Counted from the first letter of the stretch, positions 48,168-58,519 are shown. The stretch: DNA of 64,000 nucleotides from an uncultured delta proteobacterium (GCA_963796055.1 CAWCKH010000004.1:3136001-3200000); one strand, 5' to 3'. Notes: generated by a model from the letters alone, not told the origin. Numbers and translations are program-made.

Positions 48168-50651
48168 TCACTCCGCGGCGAGAGCCTCCGACGGGCTCAC
48201 CCGCGCTGCCCGTCGCGACGGCACCACCACCGCGGCGACCGAGGCGGCGAGGAGCAGCACGGCGGCGCAGCCGAAGGTGAGGACGTCGCTCGTCCCGACC
48301 CCACGCACCACCCCGGCGAGCGCGCGCCCGAGCACCAGCGAGAGCACGACCCCGACCAGCAGGCCGATCGCCACCGGAGCGAGCCCGGTCCGGGCGGCCA
48401 TGGCCAGGACCTCGCGTGCGGTGGCCCCCAGCGCCATCCGGATCCCAATCTCCCGGCGCCGCTGGGCGACCGCGTAGGCCACCACCCCGTAGACGCCGAT
48501 GGCGGCGAGGAGGAGCCCGGCCAGCCCGAGCGCGCCGAGCAGCCGGAGGAGGAACCGGTACACCGCGGTCGAGTCACGCAGCCGGGTCTCCATCGTGGCC
48601 ACGTCGTAGAGCGGCAACGAGGGGTCGAGCTGCGCCACGGCGGCCCGCATCACCGGGACCAGCCGACTCGCGTCGCCCTGGTCGGTGCGCGCCACCACGC
48701 TCATCGACTGCTGGTTCCAGCGCCACGACAGCGGCGGCGCCTGGGTGAGCGGCAGGTAGAACTCCGGGTGGAGCTGGCCCGCAGGCCCCTCGGTGTGCAC
48801 GTCGTCCACCACGCCCACCACCGTCTTCCAGACGATGTGCTCGGGCCCGCCCTCGCAGCAGTCGATGCGCTTGCCGATGGGATCCTGACCCGGGAACGCT
48901 GCCCGGGCGAGCGCGCGGGAGATGACCATCACCCGCTCGGATCCGGCGACGTCGCTGGGGGCGATGAAGCGTCCTTGCAGCAGGCGAAGCCCCATCGATT
49001 CGAGATATCCGGGCGTGGTCACCCGGAGGAGCGAGTTGATCCGGTTCTCGGGGTCGAACGACTTTCCCTCGGGGATGAGCCCGTTGCTCGACTGCGCGGA
49101 GCCGAGCGGGACCGACGTCACCACCGCCGCAGCGTCCACCCCGGGCATCGCCTGAAGCGACTCGACGACCCGGGAGAAGGAAGCGGCCAGGGCCTCCGGG
49201 CCGTCGTAGACCCCGGGAGGCAGAGACAGGCGGGCGCTGAGGAGCCCGTGCGGACGGAACCCTGGCTCCACCGTTCCGAGGTAGAGCGCGGTCCGGACCA
49301 GGAGCCCCGCGCCGACCAGCAGCGTCGCGGAGAGGGCCACCTCGATGACGATCAACCCGCCCCGCAGCCTGTCCCGTCCTCCGCCGGACTGGGCGGTGGC
49401 CGCGCGCTGGAGCGTCCCGTGCAGGTCGGTCCGCGCGGCCCGGAGTGCTGGCACCACCCCGAAGAGAACGCTGCTGCCGAGGGTGACCACCAGGGTGAAG
49501 GCGAGCACCACCCCGTCCAGCTCCGCCTCGCCGAGCCGGGGAACGTCCGCCGGCGCCGAGGCACGGAGCACCTGCACGAGGGCCGCCGCCAGGGCGACCC
49601 CCACCGCGCCCCCGAGAACGGAAAGCACCATGCTCTCGGTGAGCAGCTGCCGGACGATGCGCCGGCGTCCGGCGCCGAGGGCGGCACGGACGGCCAGCTC
49701 TCGTGTCCGCGCGGTCCCCCGGGCGAGCAAGAGATTTCCCACGTTGAGGCAGGCGATGACCAGGACCAGCAGCACCGCGCCGAGGAGCATCCACAGCTGC
49801 TGGGCGGTGTCACCGACCAGGAAGACGCCCACGGGAGTGACCCGCGCGGTGCGCCCGAACTCGTTCTGGGGATACTCCCGGGCCAGCTGGGCGGTGATGG
49901 AGTCCATCTCTCGCTGGGCCGCGGCCCGGATCGTGCCGCGCTTCAACGTCCCGAACACCTGGAGGTAGTGCTCGTCGTGCATCGCCCGCTGCTCCGGGGT
50001 CAGCGCCAGCGGGACCCAGAGCTGGGTGTGGTCGAGGAGCGGATCGAAGCCGGCGGGCATGACGCCCACCACGGTGTACGCGTCCCCGCCGAGGCGGATC
50101 GCCCGCCCCAGCACCGCGGGATCTCCGCCGAACCGCCGACGCCACAGCCCCTCGCCGAGCACCACCACGTTCTCCCCCGGGGCGTCCTCCGACGGCAGGA
50201 ACGTCCGGCCCAGTCGCGGCGCGCTCCGGAAGACGTCGAAGAAGCCCGTCGAGACGCGGGTGGCCGCGACCCGCTCCGGGGGCCCGGCCTCGCTCAGGTT
50301 GAAGCTCGCCCCGTCCACCGCGGTGAGCTGGTCGAACTGCGTCGCACGCGCCTGCCAGTCGACGAAGTTGCCGGCGGAGACGCCTCCGGGCTGGCCGTTG
50401 AGGAGGGATTCGACGGTCACGGTCCGCTGCGGGTCCACGCCAGGAAGGGGCTTGAGCACCACCGCCCAGACCAGGCTGAAGATGGCGCTGGTGGCCCCGA
50501 TGCCGAGGGCGAGGGTCCCCACCGCGGCGGCGCTGAACCCGGGGGCCCGCCCGAGCTGGCGCAGCGCGTACCGGACGTCGCGCCTCAGCCCGGACAGCGC
50601 CCCGGGGGAACGGTCCTCCGCGCGTCCGAGAGTCGTCTGCTCACCCTGCAT
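48168..50651 (-). CDS. Duplicated MacB/FtsX-type ABC permease (ADOP-like)
   Basis: DVRYALRQL...PGF, TLALGIGA, LVIACLNVGNLLLAR, RRREIGIRMALGA. Confidence 0.92.
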   Translation of the reverse strand: MQGEQTTLGRAEDRSPGALSGLRRDVRYALRQLGRAPGFSAAAVGTLALGIGATSAIFSLVWAVVLKPLPGVDPQRTVTVESLLNGQPGGVSAGNFVDWQARATQFDQLTAVDGASFNLSEAGPPERVAATRVSTGFFDVFRSAPRLGRTFLPSEDAPGENVVVLGEGLWRRRFGGDPAVLGRAIRLGGDAYTVVGVMPAGFDPLLDHTQLWVPLALTPEQRAMHDEHYLQVFGTLKRGTIRAAAQREMDSITAQLAREYPQNEFGRTARVTPVGVFLVGDTAQQLWMLLGAVLLVLVIACLNVGNLLLARGTARTRELAVRAALGAGRRRIVRQLLTESMVLSVLGGAVGVALAAALVQVLRASAPADVPRLGEAELDGVVLAFTLVVTLGSSVLFGVVPALRAARTDLHGTLQRAATAQSGGGRDRLRGGLIVIEVALSATLLVGAGLLVRTALYLGTVEPGFRPHGLLSARLSLPPGVYDGPEALAASFSRVVESLQAMPGVDAAAVVTSVPLGSAQSSNGLIPEGKSFDPENRINSLLRVTTPGYLESMGLRLLQGRFIAPSDVAGSERVMVISRALARAAFPGQDPIGKRIDCCEGGPEHIVWKTVVGVVDDVHTEGPAGQLHPEFYLPLTQAPPLSWRWNQQSMSVVARTDQGDASRLVPVMRAAVAQLDPSLPLYDVATMETRLRDSTAVYRFLLRLLGALGLAGLLLAAIGVYGVVAYAVAQRRREIGIRMALGATAREVLAMAARTGLAPVAIGLLVGVVLSLVLGRALAGVVRGVGTSDVLTFGCAAVLLLAASVAAVVVPSRRAARVSPSEALAAE

Positions 50652-50798
50652 CGCGTGCTCCTCCGTCCTGGCCATCGTGCAAGGCGCACGCCGCATGGTC
50701 GGCCCCCTTGCGCGGAGGGGCGGCGCAGAGGCCGCGCCGCGGACGATCCCGCTTCCGGGACGCCCGCTCCAGAGCTGGGACGGCCCAGCCGCCGGCGC

Positions 50799-53225
50799 TC
50801 AGAGTGAGCGGAGCGCCACCGCCGGGTCGACCCGCGATGCGCGGAGCGCGGGAACGAGCGCGCTGCCAACCGCGACCGTCCCCAGCACCCCGGCGACTGC
50901 GGCCAGCACGGCGGGATCGGCGCTCGTCACCCCGAACAGAAGTCCGCGGAAGACGGTGGCCAGCGCCACCGAGCCCGCCAGCCCGGCCAGCGCTCCAGCG
51001 ACGATGGGCGCGCTGCTGCCGCGCAGCACGAGCCCCACGATGTCGCGCCCCACGGCGCCCACCGCCATCCGGATCCCGAACTCCCGGGTGCGCCCAGCCA
51101 CGCCGAACGAGACCACCCCGAAGATGCCCACGCACGCCAGCACCAGCGCGACGCCGGCGAAGACGCCGAGCAGGAACACCGGGTAGCGGCGGAGGAACAT
51201 CGTCGGTGCCTCCTCCAGCACCGCGCCGAGCTGCCGGGCAGGTCCCACCACCAGACCCGGTGCGGCGCCGCGGATGGCCTTCCGCAGCTCCTCGGCCACG
51301 CCCGGCCGATCCGAGCGGACCACCACCGTCCAGCGCTGCGAGGCGGCTTGCGCGTCGGGGTAGTAGAGGACCGCCGGCCGCCCCTCGTCGAGGCCCCCCA
51401 GGGTCTGGTCTCCGACCACACCGACGATGGTGAGCGCCGCGCCGGTGGTGGAGTAGATGGGTCGAATCGTCTTCCCGATGGCGTCCTCCCCGGGGAAGTA
51501 CCGCCGCTGCAGTGCGCGGTTGACGATGACCACCGGAGCCCCACCGCGGGTGTCCTCGGGCCCGAAATCCCGCCCTCCCAGCAGGGGAATGCCGAGGGTG
51601 CGGAAGTAGCCTGGGCTCACCTCCCGGTAGTACGCCTCCGGCTCGGGTCCGCTGGGCCGGGGGCGGTCGGGACGGACGAAGCTGTGCGAGCCTGCGCTGC
51701 CGGTGCCCGGCATCCAGTTCACCCGGGCGACCAGCGCGACGCCGGGGATGCCCTCGATGGCCTCCTGCACCTTCGCCTTCAGCGCGGCGATGGCCCCTGG
51801 TTCCTGCGCGCCCGGACTGGCCAGCGAGAGCTCGAGCCCGAGCAGTCCCCCCGGGCGATACCCCGGATCCGCGGAGAGCACCCGGAGAAGGCTCTTCCCC
51901 ATCAGACCTGCCGAGCCGAGGAGCATGACCGCCAGCGCGATCTCCACCACGACCAGGAGGTCTCCGAGCCCGTGGCGGACCGTCCCCGATGGACGGGGAG
52001 CGACGTCCTTCAGGGTGCCCTGGATCTCGGGCCGGGAGGCGCGGAGCGCCGGCAGCAGGCCGAAGAGCAGCGTGGTGAGCACCACCACCGCCGCGCCGTA
52101 TCCGAGCACGCGACCATCCACCTCCAGGTGCTCGAGGAACGGCATCCCGGCGCGGTTCTTCGCGGGGATGCCTGCCAGGAGCAGTGGCAGGCTGAACCGT
52201 GCCGCGAGCAGCCCGAGCGCTCCGCCGGCGCCCGCCAGCAGGGCGCTCTCGGTGAGCAGCTGCCGCACCAGCCGTCCGCGCCCTGCGCCGAGCGCGATGC
52301 GGAGGGAGATCTCCTTCTGCCGGCCCGTCGCCCGGGCCAGGAGGAGATTCGCCACGTTCACGCACGCCACCAGCAGGACGAGGCTCACGCAGACGAAGAG
52401 GAGCACCAGCACCGGCTCGACCCGACCGACCAGCTCGTCGCGGAGCGGGACCACGTCGGTCAGCACGCCTCCCAGCGCGTCGGGGAAGCGTTCCCGCAGC
52501 GCGTCCTCGAACGAGGCGAGGTGCTTCCGGGCCTGCGCCACGGTCACCCCGTCGCGGAGCCGGGCGATGGGTTTGATCCAGTTGAGGCTCCGCCGGGTGG
52601 CCCGGTCACCGCGTGGCTGCACGGCGACGACCACCCGCGCATCGAGCCCCGGCGCGAAGGGGAACCCCGGCGAAAGCACGCCCACCACGGTGGTGGGCTC
52701 GCCGCCAAGAGTGAGCGTCTTTCCCACGACGTCTCGATCCGCTCCGAGCCGCGTCCTCCAGAACGCGTCGCTCAGGATGACGGCCCGGGGACCTCCGAGC
52801 TCGTCCTCCCCGGGGAGAAAGGTGCGCCCGAGCGCCGGGCGAACGCCGAGCACGTCGAAGAAGTTGGCGGACACCAGCAGCGCCGGCAGCTCCTCGGGTT
52901 CGGCTCGGCCGGTCCAGGCGATGGGGGCCGTGGAGTACCCGGCAACCGAGGCGAACAGGTCCGCCGAGGCCTGCAGCTCCCGCAGGGTCTGCCAGGCGAA
53001 GGGAAACCGCCTCCGCTCGGCGTCGTCCTGAACCTGCCACAGGTGGACCAGTCGCTCCGGCTCGGCGTAGGGCACGTTGCGGAGGAGCGCCGCGTCCACA
53101 ACGGTGAACACCGCGGAGTTGAGGCCGATCCCCAGCGAGAGGGTGAGGATGGCCACCGCCGCGAAACCGGGGCGGTTTCGGAGACTTCGCAGTCCGTAGC
53201 GGAGGTCGTGGAGCAGGGTGCTCAT
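50799..53225 (-). CDS. Duplicated MacB/FtsX-type ABC permease (ADOP-like)
   Basis: DLRYGLRSL, TLSLGIG, ACVNVANLLLAR, RTREFGIRMAVGA, RVDPAVALR. Confidence 0.92.
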   Translation of the reverse strand: MSTLLHDLRYGLRSLRNRPGFAAVAILTLSLGIGLNSAVFTVVDAALLRNVPYAEPERLVHLWQVQDDAERRRFPFAWQTLRELQASADLFASVAGYSTAPIAWTGRAEPEELPALLVSANFFDVLGVRPALGRTFLPGEDELGGPRAVILSDAFWRTRLGADRDVVGKTLTLGGEPTTVVGVLSPGFPFAPGLDARVVVAVQPRGDRATRRSLNWIKPIARLRDGVTVAQARKHLASFEDALRERFPDALGGVLTDVVPLRDELVGRVEPVLVLLFVCVSLVLLVACVNVANLLLARATGRQKEISLRIALGAGRGRLVRQLLTESALLAGAGGALGLLAARFSLPLLLAGIPAKNRAGMPFLEHLEVDGRVLGYGAAVVVLTTLLFGLLPALRASRPEIQGTLKDVAPRPSGTVRHGLGDLLVVVEIALAVMLLGSAGLMGKSLLRVLSADPGYRPGGLLGLELSLASPGAQEPGAIAALKAKVQEAIEGIPGVALVARVNWMPGTGSAGSHSFVRPDRPRPSGPEPEAYYREVSPGYFRTLGIPLLGGRDFGPEDTRGGAPVVIVNRALQRRYFPGEDAIGKTIRPIYSTTGAALTIVGVVGDQTLGGLDEGRPAVLYYPDAQAASQRWTVVVRSDRPGVAEELRKAIRGAAPGLVVGPARQLGAVLEEAPTMFLRRYPVFLLGVFAGVALVLACVGIFGVVSFGVAGRTREFGIRMAVGAVGRDIVGLVLRGSSAPIVAGALAGLAGSVALATVFRGLLFGVTSADPAVLAAVAGVLGTVAVGSALVPALRASRVDPAVALRSL

Positions 53226-53228
53226 GGT

Positions 53229-53723
53229 TCAGCGCCGGCGCGGCCTGCCGTCGTGCGGACCCAGCGGGCGCCGGGGAGCATCGCTCCACCAGCGACTCGG
53301 AGGGAGGTCGGTCCGGCGGCTCGGGTTGAGTGGATAGACGATGCGGTTCTCGTCCTTGTCCGCCTCACCTCCGACGAGCAGCAGCGCCTCGTGCTCGCCA
53401 TCGTTGAGGACGGCGTGGCAGATGCCCGTTCCCGACGGAAACGCGGCGAGGTCGCCGGCCCTCATCCGGTGGAGCTCCCCGTCGATCCAGGCGTCGACCT
53501 CTCCGGCGATGACGTAGACGAACTCCTCCTCCGAGGACTCGGCGTGCGGCCAGGAGGTGCGCGTTCCCGGAGGGAGCCGCTGTAGATGCAGTCCGACCCG
53601 GCGCAGTCCCGCCGCACGCCCGATGGCGCGGGTAGGCCCCATCTCCTCCTCGCTGTTCGGATAGCGGTGACGGGTCTCGGGCACGTCGGCAGCGGAGACG
53701 AGGAAGGGCGGCCGGGTCGGCAT
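53229..53723 (-). CDS. Cupin domain protein
   Basis: PPG..SWPHAESSEEEFVYVIAG...GD...FPSG...H. Confidence 0.88.
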   Translation of the reverse strand: MPTRPPFLVSAADVPETRHRYPNSEEEMGPTRAIGRAAGLRRVGLHLQRLPPGTRTSWPHAESSEEEFVYVIAGEVDAWIDGELHRMRAGDLAAFPSGTGICHAVLNDGEHEALLLVGGEADKDENRIVYPLNPSRRTDLPPSRWWSDAPRRPLGPHDGRPRRR

Positions 53724-53915
53724 GGTCCGGGGAGCTTGCACCGACCAGGCCACCGGTTGGCTCCCCGAAGTGTGCGGAGCGAGCGGCGTGACGGGCGCCG
53801 GGCCGGTGCGAGGTGACCGTCTCCGGGCGGGGGCGTCCCAGGACCGGGCGGGGGCGGCCCTGTCCAGGTGCACCGCAGGCGTTCTGGCTGGCCTCAGGAT
53901 CGCTCCCGAGCAGCC

Positions 53916-53984
53916 GCCCCGGGGTGACCGACCGATTCTGTATGTGGAGCGCCCTTCCACGCACAAAACCGGTCGCCCCGGGGC
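53916..53984. repeat. Long imperfect palindrome/hairpin
   Basis: GCCCCGGGGTGACCG...TTCTGTATGTGGA-loop-TCCACGCACAAAA...CGGTCGCCCCGGGGC. Confidence 0.7.
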
Positions 53985-54029
53985 CGGGCACCTGCCGGCG
54001 GCGCGGGTTGCGCGGCTGCCTCGGGGGTC

Positions 54030-55466
54030 TCAGACCTCCGCGACCCGGCGGATGGCGGCCAGCAGCGCCTCGAGGTCATCCTCGGTGGTCAGCGGGTTGA
54101 TCAACGTCACCCGGAGGTGCACGTGGCCGCGGAGCCGGGTCTGCACCAGGTAGAAGCTGCCCTCGGCGAGGAGCCGCGCCCGAACGCGTTCTTGGTGTCC
54201 GTCGAGATCCTGGAAGTCCGCCGGCACGTGACGGAAGCAGACGATGTTGCAGTCCGGCGCGACGGCCAGCTCGAAGTCATCGGCGTCGTCGAGCATCCTG
54301 CCGAAGGTCCGGCCGAGGTCGAACATCCGGGTCACGTACTCGGAGAACATCCGCGTGCCATGGAGGGCGAGCGCCCCCCAGAGCTCGAGGCCCATCATCC
54401 GCTTGGTGCATTCCAGCGTGCGGTGCGCCGGGTTCCACCACTCGCCCTGGGCGTGCTGGCGGAGGAGGTAGTCGGCCCGCTGCGAGAACGCCTCGTACGA
54501 GCGCCGACCATCGCGGAAGAGCACCGCGGTGAGCAGCGCCGGAAGCAGCATCATCTTGTGCGCGTCCCAGACGAGGGAGTCGGCCCGCCCGAGGCCCGCG
54601 GCGAGGTGGGCGTATTTCGGCGAAAGCACCGCGGAGGCGCCGTGCGCGCCATCCACGTGGAACCAGAGGCCACGGGCGCGGCAGAACTCGGCCACCGACT
54701 CGAGCGGATCGAAGGCGCCGGTGGAGGTCGAGCCGGCGCTGGCGACGACGGCGAAGACCTGCCGCCCGGCGCGCTCGGCCGTGGCGAACGTCTCGGGCAG
54801 CGCCTCGGGCCGGAGCTTGAATCGCTCGTCGACGGGGATGGAGAAGATGCCCGCCTTGCCGAGGCCGAGGATCTGCGCGGCGCGCTTCACGCAGTAGTGG
54901 GTCTCGTCCGGCACCAGGATGGCGAGCGGCCTGCCCCCGGCGAGCCCCTCCTCCCAGATGTCGCGGCCGGTCACCGCCTGACGCGCGGCGAGGAGCGCGG
55001 TCAGGTTCCCGACCGAGCCACCCGAGGTGAGAACGCCGTCCGCGCCTGCGGGAAGCCCGGCCTGCTGCGCCATCCAGGCCAGCGCCCGTCGCTCGAGCGG
55101 CGCCGAGACGGGCCCCATCTCGTACACCGCCGTGCCGTTGTTGAGCAGCGCCGAGGCGAGGTGGAGCAGCGCCGAGGACGGCAGGGGTGCGGTGACCTGG
55201 TGCCCCACGTAGCGCGGATGGTGGAGGTGGTTGGACCCGGCGAGCACCCGGGTCATGAGCTCGCCGAGCGAGGTGCCGGGTTCCTCCGGCAAGCTCTCCG
55301 GCCAGCGTCCGAGGTTGGTCTCCGGGTCGACCCAGGGAAGGACGGGACCCTGGCGCTGGGTCACGGCCCGCAGGTAGTCGGCGAGCTGGTCGACCAGGGC
55401 GTGGCCGTCGCGGCGGAAGCGCTCGGGGTCGTAGGCGGAGCGGAGTGTCTCTGGGAGTGCGTCCAT
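54030..55466 (-). CDS. Group II PLP-dependent amino-acid decarboxylase (DABA/aromatic decarboxylase-like)
   Basis: HHPRYVGHQ, TSGGS, HVDGAHG, WDAHKMM (PLP Lys), NPLTT. Confidence 0.9.
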   Translation of the reverse strand: MDALPETLRSAYDPERFRRDGHALVDQLADYLRAVTQRQGPVLPWVDPETNLGRWPESLPEEPGTSLGELMTRVLAGSNHLHHPRYVGHQVTAPLPSSALLHLASALLNNGTAVYEMGPVSAPLERRALAWMAQQAGLPAGADGVLTSGGSVGNLTALLAARQAVTGRDIWEEGLAGGRPLAILVPDETHYCVKRAAQILGLGKAGIFSIPVDERFKLRPEALPETFATAERAGRQVFAVVASAGSTSTGAFDPLESVAEFCRARGLWFHVDGAHGASAVLSPKYAHLAAGLGRADSLVWDAHKMMLLPALLTAVLFRDGRRSYEAFSQRADYLLRQHAQGEWWNPAHRTLECTKRMMGLELWGALALHGTRMFSEYVTRMFDLGRTFGRMLDDADDFELAVAPDCNIVCFRHVPADFQDLDGHQERVRARLLAEGSFYLVQTRLRGHVHLRVTLINPLTTEDDLEALLAAIRRVAEV

Positions 55467-55564
55467 CGTCCGCAGCGTGCCCGAGACGGCGGACCGGCGC
55501 CCAGGAGAAAGCTGCGGTGCCGGGGTCCTGACTGCGCCGGCGGCACGGTGCTAGAGCATCCGGC

Positions 55565-55924
55565 GTGCCTCCGTATCGACTCCACATCTTCACCTGCATC
55601 AACCGGCGGCCGGACGGCAATCCCAAGGGCTCGTGCGGCGAGAAGGGGAGCGAGGCGGTGCACGCCCGCTTCAAGGAGCAGGTGGCGAAGCTCGGGCTCA
55701 AGGGGGAGGTCCGGGCCAACCAGGCCGGGTGCATGGACGCCTGCGCCTTCGGGGTGACGGTGGTCGTCTACCCCGATGGGGTCTGGTACGGCCGGGTCAA
55801 GGTGGAGGACGTGGACGAGATTCTGCAGTCCCACATCATCGGGGGCCGGCCGGTGGAGCGGCTCCGGCTGAAGGGGCACTTCGAGTCCCCCAAGATCAAG
55901 CGCGTCGATCCGGGCGAACGCTAG
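55565..55924 (+). CDS. Thioredoxin-like [2Fe-2S] ferredoxin
   Basis: FTC.N.R...SC...AGCMDAC..G...VVYPDGVWY. Confidence 0.9.
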   Translation: MPPYRLHIFTCINRRPDGNPKGSCGEKGSEAVHARFKEQVAKLGLKGEVRANQAGCMDACAFGVTVVVYPDGVWYGRVKVEDVDEILQSHIIGGRPVERLRLKGHFESPKIKRVDPGER

Positions 55925-55969
55925 GCCCTGGCGGGCGTCCTTGACGCCGAGCGTGCCGGCGATGGTCGG

Positions 55970-56974
55970 TCAGCGCGCGGCCTCGATCCGCAGCCGCCCG
56001 TTCGTTTCACGGAGCGTCTTCGCCAGCAGCGCGACGCAGGCGTGGATCGCGGTCAGGTTCGGCGTCGGCACGCCGGTGATCCGCCCCAGTTCCAGCACCG
56101 AGCCGACCAGCGCATCGAGCTCCAGCGGGCGGCCGGTCTCCACGTCCTGGAGCATCGAGGTCTTGTGCTTCCCGACGGCCTCGGCGCCGGCGATGCGCTT
56201 CTCGAGCGACACCGGGAACCGGACCCCGAGCTTCTCGCCAATCTCCTGGGCCTCGCGCATCATCCGCTCGGCGAGCGCCCGCGTGGGTGGGAACTGGCAG
56301 ATGTCCACCAGGGTCGCGTGGGTGAGCGCGCTGATGGGATTGAAGGTGCAGTTGCCCCAGAGCTTCACCCACAGCTCGGAGCGCAGGTCGGTCGAGACGC
56401 GCACCTTGAAGCCCGCCTCCCGCAGCAGCTTCGCCGTGCTCCGCAGCCGCTCGGTGTCGGAGTTGTCGATCTCCCCCAGCGAGATGCGGTCGCCCTCGAC
56501 GTGGCGGATGACGCCCGGGGAGACGATGTCCGCCGCCGGGTAGATGATCGACCCGAGGACGCGGTCCACGTCGATGTTCTTCGCGATGACCCCGCCCGGG
56601 TCCACGCTCTCGAGCACCGTACCCTCGTACCGCCCGCCGCTCTTGAAGAAGTACCACCAGGGGATCCCGTTCTGCGCGGTCACCACGGTCGTCGTCGGCC
56701 CGCAGAGCCCCCGGATGTCCGCCGCCACCCCGGCGACCTGGTGGGCCTTCAGGCCGATGATGACCAGATCCTGCGTGCCGAGCTCGGCCATCCTGTCCGT
56801 GGCGCGTACCGGGAAGATCCGCTCGGTCCCGTCGGACTGGAGCGTCAGCCCCCGCTCGCGGATCGCTGTGAGATGGGGTCCACGCACCACCACGCTGATC
56901 TTGTGACCGATCGCGGCCAGCTTCGCCGCGACCAGCCCGCCGATGGCTCCGGCGCCGACGACGCAGATCTTCAT
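55970..56974 (-). CDS. Ketopantoate reductase family protein, putative oxalyl-CoA reductase (PanE2-like)
   Basis: GAGAIG, QNGIPWWYF, KLWGN, TSMLQD; last gene of the oxlT operon. Confidence 0.8.
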   Translation of the reverse strand: MKICVVGAGAIGGLVAAKLAAIGHKISVVVRGPHLTAIRERGLTLQSDGTERIFPVRATDRMAELGTQDLVIIGLKAHQVAGVAADIRGLCGPTTTVVTAQNGIPWWYFFKSGGRYEGTVLESVDPGGVIAKNIDVDRVLGSIIYPAADIVSPGVIRHVEGDRISLGEIDNSDTERLRSTAKLLREAGFKVRVSTDLRSELWVKLWGNCTFNPISALTHATLVDICQFPPTRALAERMMREAQEIGEKLGVRFPVSLEKRIAGAEAVGKHKTSMLQDVETGRPLELDALVGSVLELGRITGVPTPNLTAIHACVALLAKTLRETNGRLRIEAAR

Positions 56975-56975
56975 G

Positions 56976-58505
56976 TCACGAGGCGAGTCCCAGCTTCTGG
57001 GCCAGGCCGATGCGCTGGAGCTTGCCGGTGGCGCCCTTGGGGATCTCGGCCAGGACCACCACCTTGCGCGGCACCTTGAAGTCCGCCAGCCGGCCGGCGC
57101 AGAAGTCGCGCAGCTCGCGCTCGGTGGCCGTCGCGCCCTCGCGGAGGACCACCGCCGCCGCGACCTCTTCCCCGAGCTTGTCGTGGGGCATGGCGAAGGT
57201 CAGCGCCTGCGCCACCGCCGGATGAGAGGACAGCACGTCGTCCACTTCCAGTGGGGAGATCTTCTCCCCCCCGCGGTTGATGAGCTCCTTCAGCCGTCCG
57301 GTGAGGCGCAGATATCCCTCCTCGTCGAGCAGGCCCTGGTCACCGGTGCGGAACCAGCCGTCGGTGAACGCCTTGGCGTTCGCGCCGGGATTGGCCTCGT
57401 ACCCCGGGGTCACGTTCGGGCCGCGGATGCAGACCTCGCCGATCTCGCCGCGCGGGACCTGGTTTCCCTTCTCGTCGAGGATCGCCACCTCGGGCCCGGC
57501 GGCCACTCCCACCGACCCAGGCTTGCGCGGCCGCGGGGGAAGTGGATTCGACGCCATCTGGTGCGAGGCCTCGGTCATCCCGTAGCTCTCGATGACCGGC
57601 ACACCGAACACCTTCTCCATCTCCACCATCACCGGCGCCGGCAGCGACGCCGAGGACGAGCGGATGAGGCGCAGCCGGCTCCGGGCGATGATCTCCTTGT
57701 TGCGATCCGCCCGGGCGAGGATCGCCTGATGCATGGTCGGGACCGCCGTGTACCAGGTTGGGCGCACCTCATCGAGCCAACCGAAGAACTTGAGGGCGTT
57801 GAACCCGGGCGCGCACGAGACCGATCCACCGGCTGCCAGCGAGGACAGCGTCGCCGCGAGGAGCCCGTGGATGTGAAACAGCGGCATGATGTTCAGGCAG
57901 ACGTCGTCCCGGGTCAGGCCGATCGCGCGGCCGATGTGCTCGGCGCTGGCCAGGAGATTGCGCTGGAGCAGCGGGACCAGCTTCGGCCGCGAGGTCGTGC
58001 CGGAGGTGTGGAGGAACAGCGCGGGGTCGTCCTGCTCGCCCATCCCGCGGTGCGCGGCCTTGCCTGGCGCCCTCCCGGCGGAGGAGAGGGTGAACCACCC
58101 CGCGCCGCGGGAGCGATCACCGGTCAGCTCGAGGACCGGGATGGACATCTTCCTCGCGGTGGCCCGGGCCGGCGAGTCAGCGCCCGCCTCGAGCACCAGC
58201 GCCCTGGCCTTGAGATCTCCCAGGTAGAACTCCAGCTCCTCGGCGCGGTAGGCCGGGTTCAGCGGCGCCGTCGCCGCGCCCGCCGCGATGGCGATGAACG
58301 CGCTCGCCATCTCCGGCCCGTTGGGGAGCACGATCGCCACCCGGTCTCCGCGGCCGATGCCGAGGGCGTTCAGGGTCTCGACGGTACCCCGGGCCAGCGC
58401 CCCCAGGTCCCGGTACGACAGCCACTTCACGTCCTCGGGCGCCCCGATGGCCGGAGCGTCGGCAGGGGCTGCCTCGAGGAGCGCGGCGATCGATGCGTGT
58501 GGCAT
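56976..58505 (-). CDS. Acyl-CoA synthetase, putative oxalate-CoA ligase
   Basis: LHTSGTTSRPK, PLFHIHG, TWYTAVPTMHQ, IRSSSASL, YGMTEASHQ, INRGGEKISP, TGKLQR; these resemble AAE3/Pcs60-type oxalyl-CoA synthetases. Confidence 0.82.
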   Translation of the reverse strand: MPHASIAALLEAAPADAPAIGAPEDVKWLSYRDLGALARGTVETLNALGIGRGDRVAIVLPNGPEMASAFIAIAAGAATAPLNPAYRAEELEFYLGDLKARALVLEAGADSPARATARKMSIPVLELTGDRSRGAGWFTLSSAGRAPGKAAHRGMGEQDDPALFLHTSGTTSRPKLVPLLQRNLLASAEHIGRAIGLTRDDVCLNIMPLFHIHGLLAATLSSLAAGGSVSCAPGFNALKFFGWLDEVRPTWYTAVPTMHQAILARADRNKEIIARSRLRLIRSSSASLPAPVMVEMEKVFGVPVIESYGMTEASHQMASNPLPPRPRKPGSVGVAAGPEVAILDEKGNQVPRGEIGEVCIRGPNVTPGYEANPGANAKAFTDGWFRTGDQGLLDEEGYLRLTGRLKELINRGGEKISPLEVDDVLSSHPAVAQALTFAMPHDKLGEEVAAAVVLREGATATERELRDFCAGRLADFKVPRKVVVLAEIPKGATGKLQRIGLAQKLGLAS

Positions 58506-58519
58506 CGGGACCCTGGACT

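Noticed and set aside
53916..53984. Integron attC site
   Set aside because: No RYYYAAC/GTTRRRY ends, no integrase and no cassette array.
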